Below are positions 9,456 through 22,786 of a stretch of DNA of 64,000 nt, piece by piece. The translations under genes and the position numbers were made by a program. The stretch is from Squalus acanthias. Taxonomy: Eukaryota. How positions within the stretch are numbered: the first letter of the stretch is position 1; each line of letters begins with the position of its first letter. Location of the stretch: contig CM059432.1 in the NCBI GenBank assembly GCA_030390025.1, positions 45,324,001-45,388,000 of the forward strand. Reading direction: 5' to 3'. The notes under the pieces were generated by a model. The model did not search any database and had not been told where the DNA came from. It worked only from the letters and a program-made list of their open reading frames with translations.

Positions 9456-11538
9456 CAACAACAACAACTTGTATTTATATAGCACCTTTAACGCAGTACA
9501 ACATCCCAAGGCACTTCACAAGTCCATTATGAAACAAAATTTGACACGAACCACACAAGGAGATATTGGGGCAGATGAGCAAAAGCTTGGTCAAAGAGGT
9601 AGGTTTTAAAGAGCATCTTAAAGGAGGAAAGAGAGGTAGAGATGCGGAGAGGCTTAGGGAGGGAATTCCAGAACTTAGTGCCTTGTCAGCTGAAGGCATG
9701 GCCAAAAATGGTTGAACGATTACAATCAGGGACACGCAAGAGGCCAGAATTTGAGGAGTGCAGATAACTCGGGGGGTTGTGGGGCTGGAGGAGATTATAA
9801 AGATAGGGAGGAGCCATGGAGGGATTTGAAAACAAGGATGAGAATTCTTAAATCGAGGCGTTGCTTAACCAGGAGCCAATATAGGTCAGCGAGCATAGGG
9901 GAGATGAGTGAATGGGACTTCGTGCGAGTTAGGACATGGACAGCTGAGTTTTGGATGACCTCAAGTTTACAGAGGGTAGAACGTGGGAGGCCAGCAGGAG
10001 CAGGTTGGAATAGCCAAATCTAGAGGTAGCAAAGGCATGGATCAGTGTTTCAGCAGCAGATGAGCTGAGGCAGGGGTGGAGTCAGGCAATGCTACGGAGG
10101 TGGAAAGAGGCGGTCTTAGTAATGGCACGGATATGTGGTCGGAAACTCATTTCAGGGTCAGATATGACACCAATGTTGCGAACAGTCTGGTTCAGCCTCA
10201 GACAGATGCTAGGGAGAGGGATGGAGTCAGTGGCTAGGGAGTTTGTGGTGGGGACCAATGGCTTCGATCTTCCCAATATTTAGTTGGAGGAAATTTCTGC
10301 TCATCCAGTACTGGATGTTGGACAAGCAGTCTGACAATTTAGAGACGGTGGAGGGGTCGAGATAAGTGGTAGTGAGGTAGAGCTGGGTGTCGTCAGCATA
10401 CATGTGGAAACTGATGTTGTGTTTGCAGATGATGTCGCCAAGAGGCAGCATGTAGATGAGAAATAGGAGGGGTCCAAGGATATATCCTTGGGGGACACCA
10501 GAGGTAATGATGCAGGAGCAGGAAGAGAAGCCATTGCAGATGATTCTCTGACTACGATTAGATAGATAAGAATGGAACCAGGCGAGTGCAGTTCCACCCA
10601 GCTGGATGATGGTAGCGAGGCGTTGGAGGAGGATGGTGTGGTCAACCGTGTCAAAGGCTGAAGACAGATCGAGAAGGATGAGGAGGGATAGTTTACCTTT
10701 GTCACAGACACAAAAGATGTAATTTGTGACTTTGATAAGAGCCATTTCGGTACTGTGGCAAGGGCGGAAATCTGATTGGAGGGATTCAAACATCGAGTTC
10801 CGTGAGAGATGGGCACGGATTTGGGAGGTGACAACACGTTCAACAACTTTGGAGAGGAAAGGAAGGTTGGAGATGAGGCGGCAGTTTGCAAGGACAGAGG
10901 GGTCACGGGTTTTTTTTGAGGAGGGGGTGATGACTGCAGATTTGAAGAGGGGGACAGTACTTGAGGAGAGAGAACCGTTAACAATGTCCGCTAACATGGG
11001 AGCCAGTAAAGGAAGTTGGGTGGTCAGTAGTTTAGTGGGAATAGGGTTGAGGGAGCAGGAAGTGGGTCTCATGGACAAGCTGCGCTCGGAGAGGGCATGA
11101 GGGGAGATCGGAGAGAAACTGGAGAAAGATGCGAGTTAAGGGCTAGGGCAGGGTAACCTTAGAGGAAGTTTGACCCGGTAAGCTAGGGGAAGGAAGGGAA
11201 GTGGCAGAGGCAGCTGATCGGATGCTCTCAATCTTAGTGACAAAGAAGTCCATTAGCTCCTCGCACTTATTGTTGGAGGTGAGGGTGGAAGAGACAAGGG
11301 AGAGGAGTTTAAGAAGACGGTTTGCAGTAGAGAAAAGAAGCCGGGGGTGATCTTTGCATTCCAGAATGATCCTGGAATAGTGAACAGTTTTGGCAGACGA
11401 AAGCAGGACTTGATAGTGCTTTATGTGGTCCAGCAAGATCTGACGGTGAATGGTTAAATCAGCTGTCTGCCATATCCATTCAAGTTTGCATACCTTGGAC
11501 TTAAGGGAGTGGAGATGAGGGCCGTATCGGGGGAACCA
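9456..11538 (-). mobile_element. L2-clade LINE, 5'-truncated
   Basis: 283-aa RT ORF at 10227-11078 (NLPFLSKV, DLSSAFDTVDH, GVPQG, MYADDTQLY). (CAA)n tail at 9455-9468. Same family as 2488-6559. Confidence 0.92.
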
Positions 11539-11704
11539 ACCTATCCCCATTAAGGTGCTGCTGCAGGCCCTTCACGTTCAGGTTGTCCCGTCTGATTTCC
11601 TGCCTCTAAATCAGTGAGTTGCCCACCGCAGAGCGGTTCTGTGCTGACAGCTCATCAACCATATTATAATAGCAAAATACAGCGGATGCTGGAAATCTGA
11701 AATA

Positions 11705-12084
11705 ATTTAAAATCTTTTTAAAAGTTATAAAAATAAGCTTACCTTTCTTTAAAGTCTCTAAAAAAGATAAACCTGTTGCAAAAAATTTAAAATAACACTT
11801 AATTAACTACTTACCTTGTTAAAAGGGGGTCCTACGCCTGCTTTCTTTGTGTGTAAAATCTTCACCACTTACCTGCGCGTTCAAAGCTGAAAAAAAAACT
11901 AAGTGCACTGCGTGCGCACAACCTGTAGTGCGCCCGCGGTTCACTTAGGAACCGCCCCCTTTTCAATTCACGAAGTGCCGGTTTCCCGCGCATGCGCAGT
12001 GCATGCAGGAAACCGGCAATTCGGGATCTAATACGCGAAAGTACACAGTGCGTACTCTCGCGTATTAGGTTTAATTTTCGGGCC
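11705..12084 (-). mobile_element. Partial copy of the MITE family seen at 3812-6480
   Basis: The reverse complement matches 3812-4160, ends in AATTTTCGGGCC, and contains the uninterrupted site ACTTTAAAGAAAGGTAAG. Confidence 0.75.
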
Positions 12085-12169
12085 AATATAATGATGATTC
12101 AGAACCAAAATCAATTGGGTCTTATGCTGACTCCTCCGAGCAGCCACCTTGTACACCGACCCACCAACA

Positions 12170-12700
12170 CCACCATCTACAAGGCACAAGTAAGGAGTGT
12201 GTGGAATACTCTCCACTTGCCTGGATGAGTGCAGCTCCAACAACACTCAAGAAGCTCGACACCATCCAGGACAAAGCAGCCCGCTTGATTGGCACCCCAT
12301 CCACCACCTTAAACATTTGCTCCCCCCACCATCGGTGCACCGTGGCTGCAGTGTGTACCATCTAGAAGATGCACTGCAGCAACTCACCAAGGCTTCTACG
12401 GCAGCACCTCCCAAACCCGCGACCTCTACCACCTAGAAATACAAGGGCAGCAGGCGCATGGGAACACCATCACCTCCAAGTTCCCCTCCAAGTCACACAC
12501 CATTCTGACTTAGAAATATACCACTGTTTCTTCATCGTTGCTGGGTCAAATTCCTGGAACTCCCTCCCTAACAGCATTATGGGAGTACTTTCAGCACACA
12601 GATTGCAGTGGTTCAAGAAGGCGGCTCACCACTACCTTCTCAAGGGCAATAAATGCTGGCCTTGCCATTGACGCCCACATCCCAGGAACTAATAAAAAAA
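12170..12700 (+). mobile_element. CR1-group LINE of Zenon-like type, 3' fragment
   Basis: TIYKAQVRSV...LDTIQDKAARLIG peptide and 3' end GGCCTTGCCATTGACGCCCACATCCC...AATAAAAAAA. Confidence 0.75.
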
Positions 12701-14365
12701 TTACAGCTTTCAAAATAGGTAAATGGAAAGAGATTAGTTGAAAATTTAAATGTATAAAATATACAAGGTATTTTATCATCAATAGGTTCTGAAAACGATA
12801 CCCTTATATACAATGCATGATGTCCCACTCCAATTTCTGTAAGTCCTATTTCTGTAATTTGCATATTCTCAAAGTCAAAAAGTGCTGATTATTTCTTTGT
12901 AATTTGTACCTCAAACATCAGGCTTTGTTGTAGCTCTAGGACTATCCCATATACAGTACTTTTAATTAGCAAGATCTTTCTGATTTTTGCCAATTACTCA
13001 ATTTGGCACTGGGGAATAGAAACAGTAACCAGAATAAGCAAATATTATATAAAATACCAAATGGTCAGGACACTAATTACTGATCGATACACTCTGAGTA
13101 TGGATCATTTTTACAGTTCTTTGACCACATCGGCCTGGATTTTTCTTTTGAGCTACCATCCATTTTCAGATGTATTTGTAAACCGAGGAGAGTGCATTCA
13201 TAAAGGCTACTGGCTCAAATCTGCCAGACACTAAAAATAACTCCTTTTCTAAATCCCTTCTGTGGAAAGAAATGATCAAAAAATCCTGAAATGTGACAGC
13301 CTGTAATAGCGCCAAGGGAAAAAATAACACCAATTGGCACAAAGGCTCATGAAAACCCAAGGGCCAGTAGAAATAAAAGTGAACAAAAACAGCCCAGAAA
13401 TGGCTTTAAAACTGTTGAATGACTCTTCTTACTAAGGCCTTTAAATTTACTGCCATGCACAGCTCAGTGCCTAGCAACCTTGGACACCCATTATACATGA
13501 GCAGAATTTGCATGTAGCTCTGACACTGCATAACGTCTGGAAAATTATAGCATAATTACATAATTTTACATCATTATATTATTTTGAAGAACCTGCTCCT
13601 AATCCTCACTGGAAATGTGCATTATGTACAAAATGAATGGAGACCTGGAATTATGGGTCTCCACCCCCTTTTCTGTGCTGTTACGCCCTTGTGAAATGGT
13701 ACCTATGGGTCATTAATAATAACAAAATTCAGTTCCCTGGAATTGCCAATACTTACTGATTCTTCCGGATCAGGATTCTTAATGTCTCTGAGACCACCCT
13801 CCACCACACCCCCCGTCAAACTGAGCTACTGAAGACGTTTGCCCCAGTAAATTCTTTTTTGCAAGGCTTATGGCATTACTGTTCAAATGACTTGATCCAT
13901 GATGCATTTTCTTTGAATTATTTATATACATAATATATTTTTTTTTACTATTCTGTCTGTTGTACTGCTTGGATTATTACTTCCATCTTACCTGTAAAAA
14001 TAATTGCTTTTTTAATAAAGGAAATCGTACAAGGTTGATGGGAATTTGGACAGCTCTCTTAGACGACAAGGAAAATAATGCAAGGAAAAGAGATGCATCA
14101 GCTGAATAGATGCCACTGAACTCTTCTTCCCAATCACCCAGACTGCAGAGGTAGTAGGCTGAAAAAGAAACTGAAGGCATCAATTGACATAACAAGGTCA
14201 CTCTTTTCAAACTACTGACCAGAAGCAATAACAAATAACAACTTGCATTTATTTCACGCTGTTCATGTTATAAGCATTCAAAGGCACTTTACAGCAGAAG
14301 CAATGCATACGGAGCAGGAAATAAGAAGTTAGAGAAGGTGACGAAAAGCATAGTTGAAGAAGTAA

Positions 14366-14890
14366 GAATTTGTATTTATATAGCACCTTTCATGACATCT
14401 GGATGTCCCAAAGTGTTTCACAGCTAATGAACTACTTTTGAAGAGTTATATCGGGAAATGCAGCAGCCAATGTGCACACAGCAAGGTACCACAGACATCA
14501 ATAAGATAAACGACTAGATAATCTGTTTTAGCGGTGTTGGTTGGGGATAAATATTGGCCAGGACCAATGTTCCCTCTAATCTTTAAGGGGTTACGCAGCC
14601 CATTCAAGCTTCCGCGCATGCGTGGTTTTTCAATTGAGAAACCGACATGCAGCCTGCGCAGGTGCTCGCACAGCTAAACGGGAACATTGACCCAGATGCC
14701 AGCAGAACTACCCTGCTTTTCTTCAAATAATGCCAATGAGAGAGCAGACAGGTCTTGGTTAAAAGGCATCTCCAATAGTGCAGCACTCCCTCAATACTGC
14801 ACTGAAGTATCAGCCTAGATTATATGCTCAAGTCTCTGAGACACGGCTTAAATCCACAACTTACTGATTCAGAGCCAAGGCTGACACTGA
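14366..14890 (-). mobile_element. DeuSINE (SacSINE1-like) tRNA-derived SINE with internal deletion
   Basis: Reverse complement matches the copies at 20900-21351 and 52533-52980, including the L2-like tail. Confidence 0.75.
14565..14689. mobile_element. 125-bp MITE (probably hAT-type) inside the SINE
   Basis: Perfect 10-bp TIR CAATGTTCCC / GGGAACATTG. The TSD is degraded. Confidence 0.65.
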
Positions 14891-15643
14891 CTAAGTTTTA
14901 AAGAAGTTTTTGAAAGATGTCACAAGTGAAGTGAGTTGAAGCAGTTAGGGAGTTAGAGAGAAAGTTCCAAAGTGCATGGCATGGTGGTTGAATACTCCGT
15001 GGTTGATGATGAGTGGAGGGAGGGGTGGATACATAATAAGCTGGAGTCAGAACTGCAGAGGATACATGTTGGAATACAGGCCGGAGAAGATTTCAGAGGT
15101 AGTGTGAAGATATTTCAAGACAAGGCTGAGTATTTTTGCGATCAATTTGCGAAGAAAATATTAACACTAGAGCTGACAAAAGCATAGTTGAAAGTTTCAG
15201 TGATGTTGGGATGAGGAGCGGCGGTGGGGGGGGGGCACACTGGTAGAAATGGCATATGGTATTCCAGACATGGAAGTAGGTTGTTTGAGTGATGGACCAG
15301 GTGAAGGGTTTGAAGGCCAACTCAGAATCAAACGATACACTCAGAATGTACATCTTCAGGTTCTATCGAAGCAAGTGGCTAGAAAGGGAGATAGAATCAA
15401 TGCCCGAGGTATGACTTTCTGATGGCAGATCAACAAAATGGCTTCCATCTTGCCGTTAAAAAAAACCACTAAAAATGCTGGATATCTGAAATAAACCAAA
15501 TATGCTGGAAATATACAGCAGGCCCATCAGCATATGTAAAAAGGAAATAAAGGTTAATGTTTCAGTTGTGGTAGTTTTTCATCACAACAGGAAGCTGTTG
15601 TTAAGTGAGCCCTTTAATGGGGAAGAAAGAGAGGTAATAGATT

Positions 15644-17082
15644 TTTTTAATTCATTTATAGGATGTGGGCGTCGCTGGCAAGACCAGCATTTATTGCTCA
15701 TCCCTAATTGCCCTTGAGAAGGTGGTAGTGAGCCGCCTTCGCAAACTGCTGCAGTCCGTGTGGTGAAGGTACTCCCACAGTGCTGCTAGGGAAGGAGTTC
15801 CAGGATTTTGACCCAGCGACGATGAAGGAATGGCAATATACTTGCAAGTCAGGATGGTGTGTGACTTGGAGGGGAACTTGGAGGTGGTGGTGTTCCCATG
15901 CGCCTGCTGCCCTTGTCCTTCTAGGTGGTAGAGATCGCGGGTTTGGGAGGTGCTGCCGAAGAAGCCTTGGTGAGTTGCTGCAGTGCATCTTGTAGATGGT
16001 ACACACTGCAGCCACGGTACGCCGGTGGTGGAGGGAGTTAATGTTTAAGGTGGTGGATGGGGTGCCAATCAAGCGGGCTGCTTTGTCTTGGATGGTGTCG
16101 AGCTTCTTGAGTGTTGTTGGAGCTGCACTCATCCAGGCAAGTGGAGAGTATTCCATCACACTCCTGACTTGTGCCTTGTAGATGGTGGAAAGGCTTTGGG
16201 GAGTCAGGAGGTGAGACACTCGCTGCAGAATACCCTGCCTCTAACCTGCTCTTGTTGCCACAGTATTGTGGCTTGTCCAGTTAATTATCTGGTCAATGGA
16301 TATTGATGGTGGGGGATTCGGCAATGGTAATGCCGTTGAATGTCAAGGGGCAGTGGTTATACACTCGCTTGTTGGAGATAGTCATTGCCTAGCACTTCTG
16401 TGGCGTGAATGTTACCTGCCACTTATCAGCCCAAGCCTGAATGTCATCCAGGTCTTGCTGCTTGCGGGCATGGACTGCTTCATTATCTGAGGAGTTGCGA
16501 ATGGCACTGAACACTGTGCAGTCATCAGCGAACATTCCCATTTCTGACCTTATGATGGCGGGAAGGTCAGTGATGAAGCAGCTGAAGATGGTTGGGCCTA
16601 GGATACTGCCGTGAGGAACTCCTGCAGCAAAGTCCTGGGGCTGTGATGATTGACCTCCAACCACCACAACCATCTTCCTTTGTATTAGGTATGACTCCAG
16701 CCAGTGGAGAGTTTTCCCCCCAATTCCCATTGGCTTCAGTTTTACTAGGGCTCCTTGATGCCACACTCAGTCAAATGCTGCCTTGATGTCAACGGCAGTC
16801 ACTCTCACCTCACCTCTGGAATTAAGCTCTTTTGTCCATGTTTGGACCAAGGCTGTAATGAGGTCTGGAGATGAGTGGTCCTGGCGGAACCCAAACTGGG
16901 CATCGGTGAGCAGGTTATTGGTGAATCAGTGCTGCTTGATAGCACTGTCGACAGCACCTGCCATCACTTTGCTGGTGATTGAGAGTAGACTGATGGGGCG
17001 GTAATTGGCCGGGTTGGATTTGTGCAGCTTTTTGTGGACTGGACATACCTGGGCAGTTTACCACATTGTCGGATAGATGCCA
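15644..17082 (-). mobile_element. CR1-group LINE of Zenon-like type, 5'-truncated
   Basis: RT motifs (VWHQG, GVPHGSILGP, MFADD) and C-terminus IYKAQVRSVMEYSPLAW. 10-bp TSD GTAAT(A/G)GATT at 15634-15643 and 17083-17092. Confidence 0.85.
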
Positions 17083-17431
17083 GTAATGGATTGTATATCC
17101 AAAAGAGCTTTTTTGACAAGTCAGAAAGGGGTGAAAACTGGCAGAAAATGTATGAAGATTATTTTAGTGAAGTGATTAAAAGCCTACTGTGTGTTTCTAG
17201 TACTTTCTGTTATTATTTCAGATTCTCTACGTTTGTAGTTTTTTTTATTTCCCCCATTGCCATCCCTTTTTTTTTACATATTTAGCTATTTTCACACCTT
17301 TTTGTCCTTTTAGTGCATTCTAATTGCCTCACTGAGATAATTTTCATTCATCATCCACAAGTTTTAACCTCTTTCAAGCATTTCAAAAACCCACCTGGAC
17401 ATATTACCCTTTCTTCCTTCACTTCCCTTCT

Positions 17432-17996
17432 CATAGAGTCATAGAGTCAAACGGCACAGAAGGAGGCCATTCGGCCCATCGAGTCTGTGCCGGCTCTCTG
17501 TAGCGCAGTCGAGTTCGTCCCATTCCCCCGCTCTATCCCCGTAGCCCTGCAAGTTTATTTCCCTCAAGTGCCTATCCAGTCTCCCCTTGAAAACATTGAG
17601 TGTCTCCGCTTCCACCACTTCCGTCGGCAGCGAATTCCAGGTCTCCACCACTCGCTGCATAAAAAAGTTTTCCCTCACATCCCCCCTGTATCTCTTGCCC
17701 AAAACCTTAAATCTGTGTCCCCTAGTACTTATACCATCAACTAGTGGGAAAAGCCTGTCCCCGTCAAGCCTATCCAAACCCGTCATAATCTTGTACACCT
17801 TTATCAAATCACCCCTCAACCTCCTTTGCTCTAATGAAAACAAATCCAGCTTCTCCAACCTGTCCTTGTAGCTAAGATCCCCCATCCCCGGAACCAATCT
17901 GGTAAATCTCCTCTGCACCCTCTCAAGGGCCTTCACATCCTTCCTAAAGTGTGGTGACCAGAACTGGATGCAATACTCCAGTTGCAGCCTAACCAG
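17432..17996 (-). mobile_element. Young CR1 LINE 3' fragment
   Basis: 165-aa ORF KALERVQRRFTR...LEQRRLRGDLI with a (TATGACTC)n tail. Very similar to 56883-57440. Confidence 0.92.
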
Positions 17997-18359
17997 CCCT
18001 TTATTTATTTTGTTCAGTTGTATTAAAAGGGCTCACTTATCTTTCAGTCTCTAGTTTTGATAAAGGCTCTACACATGAAACATTAACCTGCCTTATCCTT
18101 TTATGCTGCTGAGAGATCAGCTGTGTATCGCCAGCATTTTCTGTTTCAGTCCTGCTGATTGTAGACTGGAATAGGTTCTAGCTCATCCATTACCTGATGC
18201 CTGACAAGACGTTGCACTGCATGATGACAGTTGTGAAATGAACTATAATGGCTGAAAATTAAATTTGGGTATCATCACCATACATGTGGAAGCTTTTGCC
18301 AAATTATGTTGCGAGGCAATATGTAGATAAATAGTAGAGAGCAAAGAATAGAGAACTAT

Positions 18360-19067
18360 GGCCGGGAACTTGTGGTCTGGATGATGGTGAACTGACAGCG
18401 TTTGCCGTCATTTTGCCTTTGAAACTGATCGCAAATTCAGGATTTGGCGCATGTGCAGCCTAACGCTGAAATCATTATGTTGAGTCCTGTCATTCACTGC
18501 CCCTCCGCACGCTGCGCTGTGGACCCACCCCCTCACAGAGCCGGAAATCAGTGTAATCTGTCAAATCATGGAAACTGACAAAAACTTCGGCTCTTCCACG
18601 GTAATACCGCTGTTAAATACCCCATTTAAAGTTAGACCCTTTTGGATTAGGTGTAACTGGGGTTTTAACAGTGTATTGACTGATAAACAAAGGTTATGGC
18701 CCTGAAAAACAAATTTTAATTTTGTTGCGTGTCAAATTTATCCATTTTAATAAAAAATAAAATGTCATCTTTATTTCAGGTTTGCCTTTTCCCCATGTGA
18801 GACCCCATCTTTGTTTTGCTTTCTATAACATTTTTTAGGAGTTAGAATCAAAGGCGCTTACCCACTTCCTGGTTTGCTGTCTGTGAGAATTCTACGTTTT
18901 GATTGGCTGCTTAGACAGCTTGTTGATGTCACAGCAGTTCACGTTAGGGATTCCCCATTAACATGCGTTGATTTCAATTATGCGTCGGAAAAGCTGAACT
19001 TCTCGCCACAGAGATTGCGAGATCTTTGTGGGAAGCTTGCTTTGCCCCTGACCGCAAATTACGGGCC
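18360..19067. mobile_element. Harbinger-type MITE
   Basis: Imperfect TIRs GGCCGGGAACTTGTGGTC / GACCGCAAATTACGGGCC. Non-coding. Confidence 0.65.
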
Positions 19068-19210
19068 ATTATGAATTTGTGAAAAATATTTGCTATTATA
19101 ACAATGCGGCATCATACATCGAGCAGATAAAAATGGTCAAATTGGCTCACTCTTTATGTGAATATATGTTACGCCATCTTAGTTACATATTATCCAAACA
19201 AGGACAAGAC

Positions 19211-19460
19211 TGGGAGACTCCCTGGCTCATAATAGTAATTTCCAACCTCTAATCTGGATTTCAGTCCATTCTCATGGAATAAAAATCTTTTTTCTATTTT
19301 CTCTGCTCGTTATAGGAGTTCTAAGTGAAATGAACTTCAACAGTCTCAACACGTTTCCTGTTGGCTGCAGTTCCACAGCACAAAATTGCTTATTTCAATG
19401 ATAACTGGCACTAGATTGGCACTCACTCAAGGGGCATATGAGTGACTGGTGAGGAAAAAG
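19211..19460 (+). mobile_element. Ancient LF-SINE-like remnant
   Basis: Ordered blocks GTGAAATGAA, CAGTCTCA, TTCCACAGCACAAAA and ACTGGCACTAGATTGGCAC resemble my recollection of the LF-SINE consensus. Confidence 0.5.
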
Positions 19461-20226
19461 GAACTGTCACATTGGTGCATTAGTGAATGCTTTTGTAAGT
19501 TTGGGTTAAGGCACGTATTTGAGCAAAATAGAGGAAGCCCTGACCTGGGAAATTTTGATGCTGACACAAGAAAAGAAAAAAAAGTCTTGCATTTATATAG
19601 CGCCTTTCATGACCACCAGACGTCCCAAAGCGCTTTACAGCCAATGAAGTACTTTTTGAAGTGTAGTCACTGTTGTAATGTAGAAAAAGACAGAAAGTAG
19701 AGGAGCTATTTAATTTGCAGATAGTGCTATTCCTCACCTTGTAATTGGCCAAAAATCATCAAATACATCTTTTTAACAAAAATAAGTAATTGGAATTTAA
19801 AAAAAAATTCCAAACAAATGTGAATTCTCACAATTTGGATTGAATCTGATTCATAATTTCATCTGTAGTTCATCCCTAGCCTAGGTCAATCATAGGTGTT
19901 GGGTCTGTATGTGCTCAAATGTATAGAATGACATGACATTGATCAACTCAGGACCACATGCACAATTCTAACTCACCCTAACGATTCAGGGTTCATAATC
20001 TGCACATTCTGATCTCAGAACAGGCAGAGTATTTATCAGTGATGTTTCACCTTCAACACTACATATCTCTGGTGCCATATGCTCATTGTTCTTCAATAAC
20101 AATGACCACTGCACTTGTACACATTCTGGTGAACAGCAATAATTTTCATGAAAGAAATAAGAATAAAAGTTCGGACTACTTTACCAAAGCAACAGCAGAA
20201 GCACAATATCTTGGAGAGCAGGCATG

Positions 20227-22122
20227 GAACATAAGAACATAAGAAATAGGAGCAGGAGTAGGCCATTCGGCCCCTCGATCCTGCTCTGCCATTCAATAAG
20301 ATTATGGCTGATCTTCTACCTCAACTCCACTTTCCCGCACTATTCCCATATCCCTTAATTCCCTTAATATCCAAAAATCTATCGATCTCTATCTTAAATA
20401 TACTCAACGACTGAGCGTCCACAGCCCTCTGGGGTAGAGAATTCCACAGATTCACCACCCTCTGAGTGAAGAAATTTCTCCTCATCTCAGTCCCAAATGG
20501 CCGACCCCTTATTCTGAGACTGTGACCCCTGGTTCTAGACTCCCCAGCCAGGGGAAACATCCTCCTGTATTTACCCTGTCAAGCCCTGTAAGAATTTTGT
20601 ATGTTTCAATGAGGTCACCCCTCATTCTTCTAAACTCTAGAGAATATAGGCCTAGTTTATTCAATCTCTCCTCAGAGGACAATCCCCCCATCCCAGGAAC
20701 CAGTCTGGTGAACCTTCGTTGCACTCCCTCTATGGCAAATATATCCTTCCTTAGGCAAGGAAACCAAAACTGTACACGATACTCCAGGTGTGCTCTCACC
20801 AGGGCCCTATATAATTGCAGTAAGATGTCTTTACTATTATACTCAAATCCTCTTGTAATAAAGGCCAACATACCATTTGCTTTCCTAATTGCTTATTAGT
20901 GTCAGCTGTGGCTCAGTGGGTAGCACACTTGTCTTGCCTTTGCATCAGAAGGTTATGGGTTCAAATCCCACTCCATGGGACTTGAGCACATAAAACTAGG
21001 CTAACACTCCAGTGGAGTGCTGTGCTGTCTTTCGGATGAGACATTAAACCAAGGCCCGGTCTGCTCTCTCAGGTGGACGTAAAAGATCCCATGGCACTAT
21101 TTCAAAGAAGAGCAGGGGAGTTATCCCCAGTGTCCTGGCCAATATTTATCCTTCAATCAACATAACAAAAACAGATTAGCTGGTCATTATCACATTGCTG
21201 TTGGTGGGAGCTTGCTGTGTGCAAATTGTCTGCTGTGTTTCCCACATTACAACAGTGACTACATTCCCAAAGTACTCCATTGGCTGTAAAGTGCTTTGAG
21301 ATGTCTGGTGGTCATGAAAGGCACTATATAAATGTAAGTCTTTCTTTCTTTGCTTGCTGTACCTGCATGTTAACTTTCAGTGATTCATGTACAAGGACAC
21401 CCAGATCCCTCTGAACACCAACATTTCCCAATCTCTCACCATTTAAAAATACTCTGCTTTTCTATTTTTTGTACCAAAGTGGATAACTTCACATTTCTCC
21501 ACATTATATTCCATTTGCCATGTTCTTGCCCATTCACTTAGCCTGCCTATATCCCCTTGAAGCCTCTTTGCATCCTCCTCACAACTTACATTCCCACCTA
21601 GCTTTTTATCATCAGCAAACTTGGATATATTACATTTGGTCCCTTCATCCAAATCATTGATGTAGATTGTGAATAGCTGAGGCCCAAGCACTGATCCTTG
21701 CAGTACCCGACTAGTTACAGCCTGCCAACCCAAAAATGACCCGTTTATTCCTACTCTCTGTGTTCTGTCCGTTAACCAATCCTCAATCCATGCTAATATA
21801 TTACTCCCAATCCGATGAGCCCTCATTTTGTTTAATAACCTCTTGTGTGGCCTCTTATCGAATGCCTTCTGAAAATCCAAATACACCACATCCACTGGTT
21901 CCCCCTTATCTATTCTGCTAGTTACAAACGCAAAAAACTCTAACAGATTTGTCAAACATGATTTCCCTTTCATAAATCCGTGTTGACTCTGCCCAATCCT
22001 ATTATTATTTTCTGAGCGCCCTGTTACCACGTCCTTAATAATAGATTCTAGCATTTTCCCTACTACTGATGTCAGGCTCACTGGTCTGTAGTTCCCAGTT
22101 TTCTCTCTCCCTCCTTTCTTAA
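20227..22122 (-). mobile_element. CR1 LINE, 5'-truncated (interrupted by a SINE at 20894-21351)
   Basis: RT ORFs at 21443-22081 (QHGFMKGKSCLTNL, YLDFQKAFD, SKFADD) and 20509-20871. (TTCTTATG)n tail. Confidence 0.92.
20900..21351 (+). mobile_element. DeuSINE (SacSINE1-like), near full length
   Basis: tRNA-like head (TGGCTCAGTGG, GGTTCAAATCC), Deu-domain CTTTCGGATGAGAC...GTGGACGTAAAAGATCCCATGGCACT, and L2-type tail. Probable TSD TTGCTT. Confidence 0.85.
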
Positions 22123-22324
22123 ATGGAAAAAATGATAGGTGATGAATTGATTGGGATTGCTGATTGGGTTGCCATGCATACTATCAAAGAGGTCTTAAAT
22201 CCAACATATATAATTGTAATTTAACTAAATGTCTCTTCATCAAACTATTTTGCTTTTATTACCCTTATTTGTAAAACAGCCCTAATTATATATTCTGTTA
22301 TACTGGAATCAAGCTGTGTCGAAG

Positions 22325-22460
22325 GACTTCCCGATGGCTGATATTGAGCCATGCAGGTCAGAAAGGTCCCAGTTTCAATCCCTAGCAAGTGTTTAGTTAG
22401 CTGATCTCAACTGGGGTAGCAGTGTAAGTCATATATTAGACTTCAGTGCTTCTGGGTATG
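22325..22460 (+). mobile_element. Old tRNA-derived SINE remnant
   Basis: B-box-like AAGGTCCCAGTTTCAATCCC followed by TTAGCTGATCTCAACTGGGGTAGCAGT. Confidence 0.4.
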
Positions 22461-22786
22461 AAAAATTCCTCAGCCTTCAGTTGTCCAAACCCTCCTCCAG
22501 AGCGCTCTGCCTAAATTCCTTCACCTTTCTCTTTCCTTTAAGAGCCTTCTCAAAACCTACCTCATCAACCATACTTTAAGATATGCTTTTTAACTCATTT
22601 TAACTGCTCAGTATCTGTTTCTCTGTGAAGTGGGTTGGAAGGCTCATTATATTAAATTGGATATATAAATGTCATTTGTTGATCGGTATCCAGTGATGTC
22701 TGCTAAAAAGTGCAAGGGTGTGGATGCTACCTGAGAACTGGATGCTCCATGGTCAAATAGACTGTCAGGACCCACATAAAGACTAA

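Larger units (their letters stand above)
14230..15455 (-). mobile_element. Old, degraded L2 LINE 3' part (interrupted by a SINE)
   Basis: AACAACTTGCATTTAT tail at ~14238 and degraded similarity to the L2 at 9456-10280. Confidence 0.55.

Noticed and set aside
20900..20975. tRNA genes (also at ~52535 and ~54623)
   Set aside because: These are tRNA-derived SINE heads continuous with SINE bodies, without a full cloverleaf.
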